A stretch of DNA of 64,000 bases from Rubripirellula sp. (GCA_965216875.1 OZ244207.1:5792001-5856000), one strand, 5' to 3'; counted from the stretch's first letter, positions 50,344 to 61,153 are shown. The notes: generated from the letters alone by a model not told the origin. Numbers and translations are program-made.

Positions 50344-50955
50344 CTATTTCGCAAGCGTCGCCGTACACTCTTTGGCGACTTCGATATTCAGCGAATCGAG
50401 GACGAGCAGACCGCTGCCGGCGTCTTCGACGTCAGTGTCGCGGTCGACCGAAAGCAAGAATGTGATTTGAGCAACCGGGTTGGCCGCCCGTGTTTGCAAA
50501 GTGAAGGTCACACGATCCTCAAAGTCGTCGCCTACCGCATCGGCTGCCGAATCCTCTTCCGCCGAAACATCCTTTTTCGACAGATCCACTGACTGCGTAA
50601 CGCTGCCAACGCAAGCGACCAAGCGAGCGTTCGCGCTGGGATCCACGTCATGGTAGCCGCGTACATCCATCACCATCGTCACGCTTCTGGCTTCGGTAGC
50701 ATACGGCACGCGCAAAGTGAATGTCCTGGTTTGAACGTCCGTTTGGCCAGTCACCCCACTTGCTGATGCTGGCACTCCATTCACTTCAACGACCGCGTTG
50801 TCAAAATGCACGGTCGCAACCTGCTGGTCGTCCGAGACGTTGATTGAATAGCCAATGTTCGAAGCGATCCGAATCGACTTTTGCAGTTTGGTGTCGTCCG
50901 CCTGAAGCGTTGTTGCCATTGCAAACATACCAACAACGAAGAGTGACCTAAGCAT
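50344..50955 (-). CDS. Secreted hypothetical beta-rich protein
   Basis: Signal peptide (..TTLQA-DD); RBS-like GGGGA upstream. Confidence 0.7.
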   Translation of the reverse strand: MLRSLFVVGMFAMATTLQADDTKLQKSIRIASNIGYSINVSDDQQVATVHFDNAVVEVNGVPASASGVTGQTDVQTRTFTLRVPYATEARSVTMVMDVRGYHDVDPSANARLVACVGSVTQSVDLSKKDVSAEEDSAADAVGDDFEDRVTFTLQTRAANPVAQITFLLSVDRDTDVEDAGSGLLVLDSLNIEVAKECTATLAK

Positions 50956-51154
50956 CGTGTTCCCCTGTAAAAGAATCTGCCGTTAACAAGATGCGGAACA
51001 AGTCCGCCAGTCTCCAGCATCGATTCCACAGAGGCGTCCAACCAGAGCGATACAAACCAACACCAAAACACCGATGAGCAAACGTCCAGGCTTCAAAAGA
51101 CAAGGGAAGAAAATGGCAAAAAAATGGAGGGCAAAAAGATCGGAAGCGAATCAA

Positions 51155-51890
51155 TTTTTTGCCCACCATTTTTCTGTCACCTTTCTTCAGCCCCAGGCGA
51201 TTCTCACGAGCTGAACCTTTTCGTGCCTTCTCGTGTTTTTCGTGGCCAACCAACGATCCAGAAACCTCGGAAACCGACAGCTCAGCGGGAGCCTCGCCCT
51301 CCCAATAATGACCGAAGAACAAAGCCACAGAGAACGCAGAGTTCACAGAGAGTGTTTGCAACGAACGCTCAAGATATCGCCCATCTTTTTGCCCCCATTT
51401 TTCTGCCAACTCTCTTACCTGCCCCGGGCAATTTTCACGAGTTGAAGCTTTTCGTGCCTTCTCGTGTTTTTCGTGGCCAACCAACGATCCAGAAACCTCG
51501 GAAACCGACAGCTCAGCGGGAGCCTCGCCCTCCCAATAATGTCCGAAGAACAAAGCCACAGAGAACGCAGAGTTCACGGAGAGTGTTTGCAACGAACTCT
51601 CAAGACACCGCCCATCTTTTTGCCCCCATTTTTCTGCCAACTCTCTTACCTGCCCCGGGCAATTTTCACGAGTTGAAGCTTTTCGTGCCTTCTCGTGTTT
51701 TTCTTGGCCAATCAACGATTCAGAAACCACGGAAACCGACAGCTCAGCGGGAGCCTCGCCCTCCCATCGATCGCGTCAACAGCAGAAGAACAAAGCCACA
51801 GAGAACGCAGAGTTCACAGAGAGTGTTTGCAACGAACGCTCAAGATATCGCCCATCTTTTTGCCCACCATTTTTCTGTCAACTCTTTCCT
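51155..51890. repeat. Tandem array of about 3.1 x 231-bp mosaic units
   Basis: Matching positions at 51190/51421/51652 and 51218/51449/51680; units nearly identical. Confidence 0.93.
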
Positions 51891-52223
51891 CTCGTGCCTT
51901 TGCTTGCCTTCGTGGCATCTGCTTGCCCGCACGATCGCATGCATTCGGTAATTGCTCGACGAACCACCGCCAGCGCTGCTTCCCCTCCCATATTTTTCTA
52001 TCAGGAATCGGACCCGTTGAAGAGCAACCCCCAATCTTAAACCAATTGCAAATTGCAAACCTCCAAAAGACTCACTCATGCGCAGAGCACGGAACTTCAT
52101 ACGCATCAGGGATGCACTACTAATAAGTTGCATGGCAATCCAATGTTGATTTATCATTAATGATTCTTGTCCTTGAGTCAGATCTTTTAGACTCGATTTC
52201 CGACCAACAGTGGGGTACACACA

Positions 52224-55200
52224 ATGGTCCTTGGTCATGATACGGATAGGCCTGCGCGCACCAAGCAGAACAAGCGTCGCAAGCTCAAGCTTGAAATCCT
52301 CGAGAGTCGGAAGCTTCTTGCTGCCGCAATCCCCAACCCCTTCGGTGTTCCATCAGGGATCGAACTGACCAGCACTTCGCAACTGTCTCAGGTAGAGCTA
52401 AGCGAGCAACCGATGCTCAACCGGCGTGAAATCCTCGCTGGCGTCAAAGCGATCGACGATGGCCGTGAACCGGGGCTCGATAGCAATGAAATCGATACGT
52501 TGATCCCTGACTACGATTCGGCGCGTCTGGAATTTGGCCCTGGCATCATGCAGCCATTCGAGCCGCTTCCCCCGGTCATCCAGCCACCGGACGTTACTCC
52601 ACTGATCACAGTTCCACTGGAACAGCGTTCGCCAATCCTCAAACGCGAGTCGCTGTCACCACGCGACCTGTACGCGCATTCGACAGCCAGCAAGCCGACA
52701 TTGCGTCCCTATACGGTTGACGACTACGACGAGACTGATTGGTTCTTTGAAGGCGAGTCCCTAAAAGAGTTTTTCCCCGACATCACTGCGTGGGACAACA
52801 CAAGCTTTGACAACTACCAACCGCCAACGATGTACGGCGATGTCTTAGCGGGAAGTATCTCAGTCATTGAACAGATTCCCGAAGAAGGAAAGACCGTCCA
52901 GTACGATTTGGATTGGGCCTACATGACCGACTACGACGAAAGTGACGGTCACTGGATGTATTGGGAAGAACTCGACGTCGACTACACGATCACCACACAG
53001 TGGTACGCTGCGTTCGATCCACCTGGGCTGCCGACGCCAGATCTGATGCTCGGCTATGGGGTCCCCGATCCAAACGGGCATTTCGCGCAGTACATCGAGG
53101 ACAACGGTATCCAAAATGGCCCCGAGGACGCGCTGGTTCGCCAACGTGTGCTCACGCAGTACGGCAACTTCTACATGGGCTTCGAGGTCAATGGCACGGG
53201 GAATGACGTTTACTCTGTCGTGCTCGACGAGCGATATCACGACAACTTCGACGATTGGTACTTCGAATCACAAACCCCAGACACGCTACCTGGCGAGTCG
53301 GTGTACGAAAGCTACGCCTACCTGGCCACCATGCGCGGCCGCGACCAACACGACGTGACCACGATGACAAATGTGGAACCGGTTGGCTGGGACGACACCG
53401 CCGCCCTTCCCTATGGCCAGCCGATCGGCAATGCGAGTTCGATGAAAGATCGAATCGCCGCCCAGTTGCCTCACCGAGACACCTTGCCTGTTGCCAATCA
53501 GCGGTACTCCTTCCCTACGCTCAAACAGTGGCATCAGGACCAAGGATTTGACCTCAACCTGCCGATCACTGAAGACCCTGACCCGTTCGGATACGGGTAC
53601 GACTACTACGATTACGGAGACTACGGCTACGGATACTCTGGCCCTGAAGGTTACGGCTACGGGTACTCGGGACCGGGCGGCTACGGATCCTATGGTTATG
53701 GATACTACGGGTATCAACCCGAAACGGTCCATATCAGCCGTAGTAGCAACGCGACCTACAGTGGCGAGTTTGACGCCTTGACCTACACTCAATGGTCGAT
53801 CCTGGTTCAGGCTAACCCGCATTACTTGGACATGGATCAGTATTCGCACCTACACGAGGAGATGTCATATCGGAAGTCTGATGATCTGGTCGAGCAATAC
53901 GAGAGCATTGCTTGGGCAATGAACCCACCCTCCTCGAACCTTGTTATGAGCGATTCATCCGGCTCGCACCGTTGGCGTTACGAAGCGGACACCAGTGGTG
54001 CTCACGAACACTCCGACGCGATTCTATTCCCTACGTACAGCGATTCGGTTGCCGTAGAATGGCAATGGAGCGAAAACGCAATCGCATGGGGCGACATTGC
54101 CGACAGGACCACGCACACCCGTGTCGGCACCGCGATCGAAGTGATGGACTACCAAGTCGGTCACGATGAGGTCAGTTACACGCCACGTACCGACCAGATG
54201 CTCGAATACAACCGGCACACCGTGCGCCCCGATGGTGTTCTCGAGCCGTCGAGCTTCGAACGCACATACCAAAACTTTGATCGAGTCCTAACAGATGGCC
54301 CCGATTTCGTGTGGGAGGAAGTGCCAACGACCGCTAGCTATTCTTTGACCGTTTTCAAAGAAGACCAGCGACGTGAGACGACCAGTGGCTATCTGATAGA
54401 CGAGATTACCCACGAGCAAAAATCCGGATCGGTTGAATCCGACCATTGGATGACGCTCGAACACGAGTTCAAACTCGATTCGGCTAACGTCGAGTTCAAT
54501 CCGACCCAACACGACAAGGACTACTTGATCAATCTGCACTTGGGTGCTGAAGGCTACCTTCCCGATTTCCCCAACACCAATGGTTTTTGGAGGCATCAGA
54601 ATGACCACTGGGAAGAACAGCTTGAGGATCATGTCAGTTACGAATTCACTCAGATCGAATCCGATCATGGAGACGAATTCAACGGTGTGCAAAAGGAGAG
54701 CCATCTAAACGTTGAAGGGACCGCCAACGGCGATTGGTACTCCGACGGCGAAGGCTATTACACCTATGTTCGGTACAAAACGAGTGATGTGGTCAACCGC
54801 CCTGGTATCGCTATCGGAATGGTGGGCGATTTTTACGGCAACGGATGGCGTGATATTGCCAATGCTCATCTTGGGTGTTGGGTCGGCAATACTCAATTTG
54901 GTACCTGTGCGACCGATGGTGTCATCCGTGATCCAGAGCAGCCAGTTGTCGGCTTTGGCGAGTGGTTCGACGATGATCGACACGCACGGTCGACTGGGTA
55001 CCAGCACGCTTTCCGAACCATGATCGATGTCGATCGCAACGCCGCAAACCAGATCGTGAGAAAGGTTGGCGAAACGGAACTCTTTCCTGTGGAAATCCTT
55101 GTCGAAGACCCCTTTGATCCCTACACCTACACGATGCCAATGCAGTGGGGGCGGCGTGACCAAGCGCTTTGGCGAGTAAGTGGACACAACTGGGACGAGT

Positions 55201-55859
55201 TCCTCGCGAGCAATCCAGATGTTGGGTGGCGAAGTTCTGGCATGGTTGCCGACAAGGACAACATCTTGATTCTTGCCAATGGTGCCGTGCATTCACGCGA
55301 GCAATGGGACGCGGACGGGACGTCCAATCGCGAGCTGAATGAAAAAGGCCAAACCACCAACGTCCACTATGACTCGTCGATCTCTTGGTCGACCCAGGGG
55401 ACGGTTCGATCCTTTTCCACATTTGAGTCAGCGCGTGACTTTGACCACATCTACTTTGACTCGTTGTCAGCAACCTACTACCCCGACAACACGTTCGACT
55501 CCGTCGCGACCTACATCGACAACGGTGGCGGTCGAGAGATGCATCACTTCCAGTGGCGGATAACGGATCTTGACATTGTTGACACCGGATTCCAGTTCTA
55601 CAACTCCGTGCTGAGGTTCCATCCCTCGTTGACGGTCACTTCAAACGAATACGGGATGTATCCAGATCCTCAAGGGCACTTCGAATACGAAGACCTTTAC
55701 TGGTGGTATCGAATTGTCAATGAAACCGAAACCGGCGGAGGAAATCCGCTGCAACTAAGGTTCTACACCGAACTGTACATGCCAGGACTGCGATCGGGTC
55801 GGGAACGATTGCTCGCGTGGGAGCTCGATGTCTTGCCGCTCAACTTAATATTCGAGTAG
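52224..55859 (+). CDS. Large planctomycete extracellular protein (LExRxLLA N-terminal motif) with Gly/Tyr tract
   Basis: KRRKLKLEILESRKLLAA; 1211-aa acidic/aromatic ORF; no other domain recognised. Confidence 0.8.
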   Translation: MVLGHDTDRPARTKQNKRRKLKLEILESRKLLAAAIPNPFGVPSGIELTSTSQLSQVELSEQPMLNRREILAGVKAIDDGREPGLDSNEIDTLIPDYDSARLEFGPGIMQPFEPLPPVIQPPDVTPLITVPLEQRSPILKRESLSPRDLYAHSTASKPTLRPYTVDDYDETDWFFEGESLKEFFPDITAWDNTSFDNYQPPTMYGDVLAGSISVIEQIPEEGKTVQYDLDWAYMTDYDESDGHWMYWEELDVDYTITTQWYAAFDPPGLPTPDLMLGYGVPDPNGHFAQYIEDNGIQNGPEDALVRQRVLTQYGNFYMGFEVNGTGNDVYSVVLDERYHDNFDDWYFESQTPDTLPGESVYESYAYLATMRGRDQHDVTTMTNVEPVGWDDTAALPYGQPIGNASSMKDRIAAQLPHRDTLPVANQRYSFPTLKQWHQDQGFDLNLPITEDPDPFGYGYDYYDYGDYGYGYSGPEGYGYGYSGPGGYGSYGYGYYGYQPETVHISRSSNATYSGEFDALTYTQWSILVQANPHYLDMDQYSHLHEEMSYRKSDDLVEQYESIAWAMNPPSSNLVMSDSSGSHRWRYEADTSGAHEHSDAILFPTYSDSVAVEWQWSENAIAWGDIADRTTHTRVGTAIEVMDYQVGHDEVSYTPRTDQMLEYNRHTVRPDGVLEPSSFERTYQNFDRVLTDGPDFVWEEVPTTASYSLTVFKEDQRRETTSGYLIDEITHEQKSGSVESDHWMTLEHEFKLDSANVEFNPTQHDKDYLINLHLGAEGYLPDFPNTNGFWRHQNDHWEEQLEDHVSYEFTQIESDHGDEFNGVQKESHLNVEGTANGDWYSDGEGYYTYVRYKTSDVVNRPGIAIGMVGDFYGNGWRDIANAHLGCWVGNTQFGTCATDGVIRDPEQPVVGFGEWFDDDRHARSTGYQHAFRTMIDVDRNAANQIVRKVGETELFPVEILVEDPFDPYTYTMPMQWGRRDQALWRVSGHNWDEFLASNPDVGWRSSGMVADKDNILILANGAVHSREQWDADGTSNRELNEKGQTTNVHYDSSISWSTQGTVRSFSTFESARDFDHIYFDSLSATYYPDNTFDSVATYIDNGGGREMHHFQWRITDLDIVDTGFQFYNSVLRFHPSLTVTSNEYGMYPDPQGHFEYEDLYWWYRIVNETETGGGNPLQLRFYTELYMPGLRSGRERLLAWELDVLPLNLIFE

Positions 55860-56020
55860 CATCGACACGCTGCACTGACCAACAATCACTCCGACCTAGC
55901 CCTCCGTGACCTCACTGCTCTCGGTGGCTCCATCGAACTTCGTGCTCGGTCTCTCCCGCGGTCAGTGCTTGCAGGTTTTGGAAAGAAGGGTTGGCCACAA
56001 CAAGCACAAGAAGAGACGTA

Positions 56021-56363
56021 AACCTTTCGTGCCTTCTCGTGTTTCTCGTGGCCAACCAACGATTCAGAAAACCACGGAAACCGACAGCTCAGCGGGAGCC
56101 TCGCCCTCCCAACAATGACCGAGGAACAAAGCCACAGAGAACGCACAGTTCACGGAGAGTGTTGGCAACGAACTCTCAACACATCGCCCATCTTTTTGCC
56201 CCCCATTTTTCTGCCAACTCTCTTCCTTAGGCCGGAGGCCGGCATATTCCTGCCGGTGGCGTGAGCCACCGGATTACAAGCAAAAGAGAGTCAGCCCGAA
56301 GGGCGACACATTTTCTGCCAACACTCTTCCCTGCCCCAAGCAATTCTCAAGAGTTGAAGCTTT
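56021..56363. repeat. Fourth, interrupted copy of the 231-bp unit
   Basis: Same orientation as the array; interrupted at about 56227-56310 by another palindromic element. Confidence 0.88.
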
Positions 56364-56371
56364 GTAACGCT

Positions 56372-59300
56372 CTAAAACAGTTCGGAAACAACGTCGTCGA
56401 CCGCTTCGTTCCAGCGAGTCTTGTCATCGTCCTCTTGAAGGCTCACGAACTCGCTTGCTGCGGATTGCGCGTTGGTGATTCGGGCCATGATATTGATCAC
56501 GCGCAGTGCATCGAGCGCGGACACTCGGCCGTCACCCGAGACGTCCAAGAACACCGACGCAAACTGGTCGCTGCCGGTTGGCAGTAGCGGAAGATCGCGG
56601 GAATCGAATCGACCGATGTCGTTGATGATCCGCAATGCATCTTGCGCGCTCACTCGCTTGTCGTTATTGACATCCCCGGTAATGTCGGGGTTTTTCCAAG
56701 GCGTTTGCGAAACAGCGGGCGCCCCCGGATCAGAAATCACACCATTGGCCAACAAATCCGCGTCCCCTCGTTCGCCATCGACAAAGTGCACCTCGATTCG
56801 ATCACCAAAGATCTTTGCCCCCGTTTGTCCATCAAATAGGAACGGGTACCAATGCGGCGTCGCGTTGTCAGGTGTGGGACCAAACATGTAATAGGTATTT
56901 GCCGTCGTGCCCGGCTCAAGATGAACCACCACAACAGTCGCTTGGTCGCCATCGATGCCTTCGATCTGAAAATCGAACAAACCCAACGGAAAGTCAGTCG
57001 CTTCGGGCGGGCCAGCGGGATCGGCCAGCGGTTGAACGTTGACCAATCGCGTATTCTCGGGGGACGAAAACGTGATGAAGCGGTTTTCGCGCCCCCGTAG
57101 CGACGCCACATGCTCCTGCTCGGCGTCGGGAACACCGTCTTGGTTGCCATCGCCTCCGAACGGAGCTTCACCCTCTTCACCATTGTCGACACCATCGGCG
57201 TCATTGTCGGTCATGACCAACTCGACGCGTTTGACATCGGCATCCGACCCGCCATCGCCGTCGTGAACTTCGAATCGAACAAAGCGCGCGGGATGCTCAC
57301 CTGGCGAATCCTGATCGACGGTCAACGTGATGCTTCGCGCGAGCCTTTCGACGATCGCGGGCGTGGCGTGCTCAGTCAGCTCAATGATCAATTCAAGTCG
57401 GTTGCCAGCGATCTCGCCAACCAAAACGTTTTCGCTTCCTTCGATTTCTGCGAACACGCGGTCGCCATCGACCAGGATTCCATCGGCTCCCGCGACCGCA
57501 AGCGAATCCGTTTCGCGGCCGGACTGTTCGACAAACGAAACCAGCAGCTTGCCGGCACCAAAGTCGGCCGAGTCCTCGTCGACAATCTCTATCAAAGGTG
57601 CAATCACTGCCGAATCTGATTCCGACAGATCGATCACCGTTGCTTGATCAGCGACTTCGACGACGGGATCATCGTTGAGATCGAACAGATCAACGCGGCG
57701 TACATCGGATGCTTCGCCGCCGTCGCCGTCATTGAGTGTGAAGCGAACAAACCGTCGCTCTTGATCACCCACCGCACTTTGCGTTGCCGAAAACGCGATG
57801 CGCCGCGCCAAGACCTGCAATCGGGCAGCGTTGGTATCGTTTGCCAAGCTGATCACCATCGATTGGATCTCCCCATCGGTAAGGTGAATCTCACCCAACA
57901 GAAATGCGTTCGATTGTTCGATCAAGAAAACGCGATCGCCTTCAACGCGAATACCTTCACCGTCGATGACACTCAACGAATCGGACGATTTGCCGGACTG
58001 TTCAACAAAGGAGACGGCAAGCGATCCGCCACCAAAATCCTCGGAATCGGCGTCGCTCGCCTCGAATTGCGGTGCAATGATGACCGGACCACCGTCGAGA
58101 TCGTATTCCGTGGCCCCTGGTCCAACCTCGATCTCGGGATCGTCGTTGACCGTGAAGGGTTCGATCTGCTTGATGTCGGACGCCTCACCACCTTCGCCAT
58201 CATCGAGAGCAAACCGAATGAAGCGCGCGGCGGTATCGATCTGTTCGGCATTGCTGCGAAAGGCGACTGCGCGAGCAACTCGCTGAACATCGTCAACTGT
58301 CGAGCCAGCGGCGAAGTCGACTTCAATCACACCCTCGCCGACTGCGAAGGTCGCCACGATCTGCTCATCATCGCGTCGTCGCAAGACTTCGCCGTCGACG
58401 GAGATCGCGTCGGTACCGAGCATCAACAGTTGGTCACCGACCTTGCGACTCAACTCTGCGAAGCTGACGCGAAGAGACCCGTTGCCAAAATCTTCGCTAT
58501 CGACGTCGGAAACTTCAATCGCTGAATCGACTTGTCGGGGCGGTGCCCCCTCGGCATATTCGGTTGCACCTGGCGACGTCTCAATCAGTGGCGCATCGTT
58601 GACCGCCGCCACTTCCAATCGTTGTGAATCAACGTCACTGCCGCCATCACCGTCTGTCACCTCGATCGAAAAGACTCGTTCGACACTCGCAGGCTCGTCA
58701 GTTTGGTTGACGAATCCAACCGAGCGCACCATGAAAGTTGCTGCGTCATCACTCGACGCCTCGTTCATTTCGAACCGAATGCGCCTCCCTTCATTGGTGA
58801 TTAGGAACGTTGCGACGAGTATTTGATCATCGCCAGACCGCAGCAAAACGTTACCATCTTCGAAGGCCAACAGGTCAGTGGGGACAAGCACCAATTGGTC
58901 GCCTGGGCGAATCGTTTCGGCGTTTTGGACGACCTCGATGATTCCGCCGTCGAGGTTTGGTGAATCGGAGTCAACGATCGTGATCGTTTCAGCAAAAAGT
59001 TTGACAGACTCGTCACCCTCTTGGAAAACGGTGGCTTCGTCTGGCTTATCGATCACCGGCGGCTGATTCACTGGAGGCGCGTTTTCATATTCGACTTTGC
59101 GGACATCGGAAACTTCCGCTTCGCCGTCGGCCAAAGTGAAACGAACGAATCGATCGTTCGTCGCAGGTTCTTCCGTCAGGCCTGCGTAGGCGACTGCTCG
59201 CGCCAGCGATTCCACTCGATTGGGCGTCGCTTGTTCGTTCAAACTGATGACCAACGGGTTGCCGTTAAAACCGCCTGTAAACGTTCCAATCACCGCGATG

Positions 59301-60634
59301 GGTGAACCGATCGAGCGATAACCAATTCGGTTCTGGCTCATCCGCGCGATGGTGGAGTTTGGCACAACCACCAAGCGGTCACCGGGGCGAAAGCTCTCCT
59401 CAATAAACCGAACGGTCAGCGTCCCACCATCAAAGTTAGGTTCGTTGGACTGCACCTCAGCCCCCGCGCCGACCAGCGAGTTTTCCCCAGGTGTGTGGGC
59501 GATTGCCACGTTTGGCAGCTCAATGGCGAGCGGCCCTGTTGATGGCTCCCCCAGAGCGACCTGTTTTATATCGCTCCACAAACCGAAAAACATCTGCACC
59601 TGACGCGGTGACGTGTCTGGTTCGGATTCGGTGTTGGTAAATCCGATCCGGCGAATCACTGTCTGCGCGATCGCGGGACTTACGTCTGCGTTGAAGACCA
59701 TCCCAACGGAGTGTGCTGAGCCTGTCGAGAGTGATGCGACCTGAACAGTCTCGCCTTCAAGTCGCACGAAGACATCACCTTCTTCGACGAACACATTCTC
59801 GGTTTCAATAATCGATAACGTGTCGCCCTCGCGCGGTGAGATAACGCGTGCGTGGAAACCGCGACTATTCAGCTCTTCGGACTCACTGGTCACGACCACT
59901 TCTGGGTCGACAATCGCCGGATTGTTCGCATCATTGAAATAGGTAATGTCGTCGGACGTCTCGATGATCGATTCCGCATTCGCGACAAGCTCGATTTCTG
60001 ATTCATTGAGCGCGCGAGCGTAGAGTTTTAGGTCATCGGTGAGACCGTCGAAGGTATTGATGGGTCCCGTCAACGCCGACCCGAGAGTGAGCGTTTCGCC
60101 GCTCACGATCACTGTCGGTGCCTCGACGAGGCGCTGGCCAATCCTATCACCGCCGACATAGATTGCCAGTCGCTCGCCATCGTAGGAGCCGGCTAGGTGA
60201 TACCATTGGTCCGCTTCGAACGAAAATGGAGACGCAACTTCCTCGCGTTCCGTCTGTCCATTGAAGGGTCGCCCCACTGAGAACTTAAGTTGGTTGTCGC
60301 CGACCTCGATCGCAAATCCGTTGCCAGGCGATGCGATCAAGGTGGCAGTCGGATTGTCGGAGTCAAACTTGACCCAGCCCGCAATGGTCATCCGTGAAAG
60401 CCCCCCGGTGAGGCTCGCGGTCATTGGCGTGCCCAAGGCACGCAACGAAATCGCACGCCCGCGAGGCGAATCAACATAGCCGCTGTTGAATCCCAAAAAG
60501 TCATGGAGGCCATCGTCGTGCGTTGAATGATCAAACGGCCAATGGCTTACCAAACCGTCAACGGCGAGTAGCTTTCTACATTCGAGGCTTTCAACTGCTA
60601 AACCACGCGCGACCACATTGCGTTTGTGAGGCAT
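56372..60634 (-). CDS. Extracellular LamG + repeat-domain adhesin with choice-of-anchor U-like domain and planctomycete dockerin
   Basis: LAVESLECRKLLA; QWYHLAGSYDG..FDGLTDDLKLYARAL LamG; about 6 repeats ending in variants of VRFTLxDGDGG; YMFGPTPDNATPHWY..DGERGDADL..ISDPGAP; DVNNDKRVSAQDALRIIN / DVSGDGRVSALDALRVIN. Confidence 0.85.
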   Translation of the reverse strand: MPHKRNVVARGLAVESLECRKLLAVDGLVSHWPFDHSTHDDGLHDFLGFNSGYVDSPRGRAISLRALGTPMTASLTGGLSRMTIAGWVKFDSDNPTATLIASPGNGFAIEVGDNQLKFSVGRPFNGQTEREEVASPFSFEADQWYHLAGSYDGERLAIYVGGDRIGQRLVEAPTVIVSGETLTLGSALTGPINTFDGLTDDLKLYARALNESEIELVANAESIIETSDDITYFNDANNPAIVDPEVVVTSESEELNSRGFHARVISPREGDTLSIIETENVFVEEGDVFVRLEGETVQVASLSTGSAHSVGMVFNADVSPAIAQTVIRRIGFTNTESEPDTSPRQVQMFFGLWSDIKQVALGEPSTGPLAIELPNVAIAHTPGENSLVGAGAEVQSNEPNFDGGTLTVRFIEESFRPGDRLVVVPNSTIARMSQNRIGYRSIGSPIAVIGTFTGGFNGNPLVISLNEQATPNRVESLARAVAYAGLTEEPATNDRFVRFTLADGEAEVSDVRKVEYENAPPVNQPPVIDKPDEATVFQEGDESVKLFAETITIVDSDSPNLDGGIIEVVQNAETIRPGDQLVLVPTDLLAFEDGNVLLRSGDDQILVATFLITNEGRRIRFEMNEASSDDAATFMVRSVGFVNQTDEPASVERVFSIEVTDGDGGSDVDSQRLEVAAVNDAPLIETSPGATEYAEGAPPRQVDSAIEVSDVDSEDFGNGSLRVSFAELSRKVGDQLLMLGTDAISVDGEVLRRRDDEQIVATFAVGEGVIEVDFAAGSTVDDVQRVARAVAFRSNAEQIDTAARFIRFALDDGEGGEASDIKQIEPFTVNDDPEIEVGPGATEYDLDGGPVIIAPQFEASDADSEDFGGGSLAVSFVEQSGKSSDSLSVIDGEGIRVEGDRVFLIEQSNAFLLGEIHLTDGEIQSMVISLANDTNAARLQVLARRIAFSATQSAVGDQERRFVRFTLNDGDGGEASDVRRVDLFDLNDDPVVEVADQATVIDLSESDSAVIAPLIEIVDEDSADFGAGKLLVSFVEQSGRETDSLAVAGADGILVDGDRVFAEIEGSENVLVGEIAGNRLELIIELTEHATPAIVERLARSITLTVDQDSPGEHPARFVRFEVHDGDGGSDADVKRVELVMTDNDADGVDNGEEGEAPFGGDGNQDGVPDAEQEHVASLRGRENRFITFSSPENTRLVNVQPLADPAGPPEATDFPLGLFDFQIEGIDGDQATVVVVHLEPGTTANTYYMFGPTPDNATPHWYPFLFDGQTGAKIFGDRIEVHFVDGERGDADLLANGVISDPGAPAVSQTPWKNPDITGDVNNDKRVSAQDALRIINDIGRFDSRDLPLLPTGSDQFASVFLDVSGDGRVSALDALRVINIMARITNAQSAASEFVSLQEDDDKTRWNEAVDDVVSELF

Positions 60635-61153
60635 CGTCTATGACTCCAGAGGAATGGAAACGTGAGGTCAGCTGGAGCCAGAATCGAAATGAATTAGACA
60701 TGGTCAAATAATCAGAACAGCAAATAAATGGGAACCGACGGCAGCCGCCCAAAAAACGGAATAATGACGAATTCGTCAGCTCCAAATAGTGTGGGCCGCC
60801 AAAGATGGATGCAAGCGTTTTTTCGATGCCGGATAGGGCTCGAGGCCGCCACCGCCCTTTGGTTCCAATTTGAGACGCCAACGGTCGCGAAACCTTCTTC
60901 TATAAAGGAATCTCGCCCTCTTCCGCTTTCAAACGAGATTGCAAAGGACGTCTCGCGGTCGGCGATCAAATAGTGAGAAAGCGAATCAATTGGGGAAACT
61001 CGCAAAGTCTTGCCATCTTTCCCCTCCCAGACGCCCTACGAAAAGAAAGACAAAATCTCTTAACTTGAGCAACTTTAAGCTCGAATCGGCCTGTTACAGA
61101 CGCTTACAATAGAAAGCCTCTTCTTCAATACTCGCTGCGTCAGAGGCCTAACC

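Noticed and set aside
51155..51890. CRISPR array
   Set aside because: Whole 231-bp units are near-identical, there are no unique spacers and no cas genes are present.
50948..51951. ORFs of 260 aa (-) and 275 aa (+) across the array
   Set aside because: The unit length is a multiple of 3, so open frames propagate. The products look non-protein-like and the DNA is made of repeat motifs. Translation cannot be fully excluded.
60635..61153. Small ORFs or ncRNA in the AT-richer divergent intergenic region
   Set aside because: No motif support; most simply promoter DNA.
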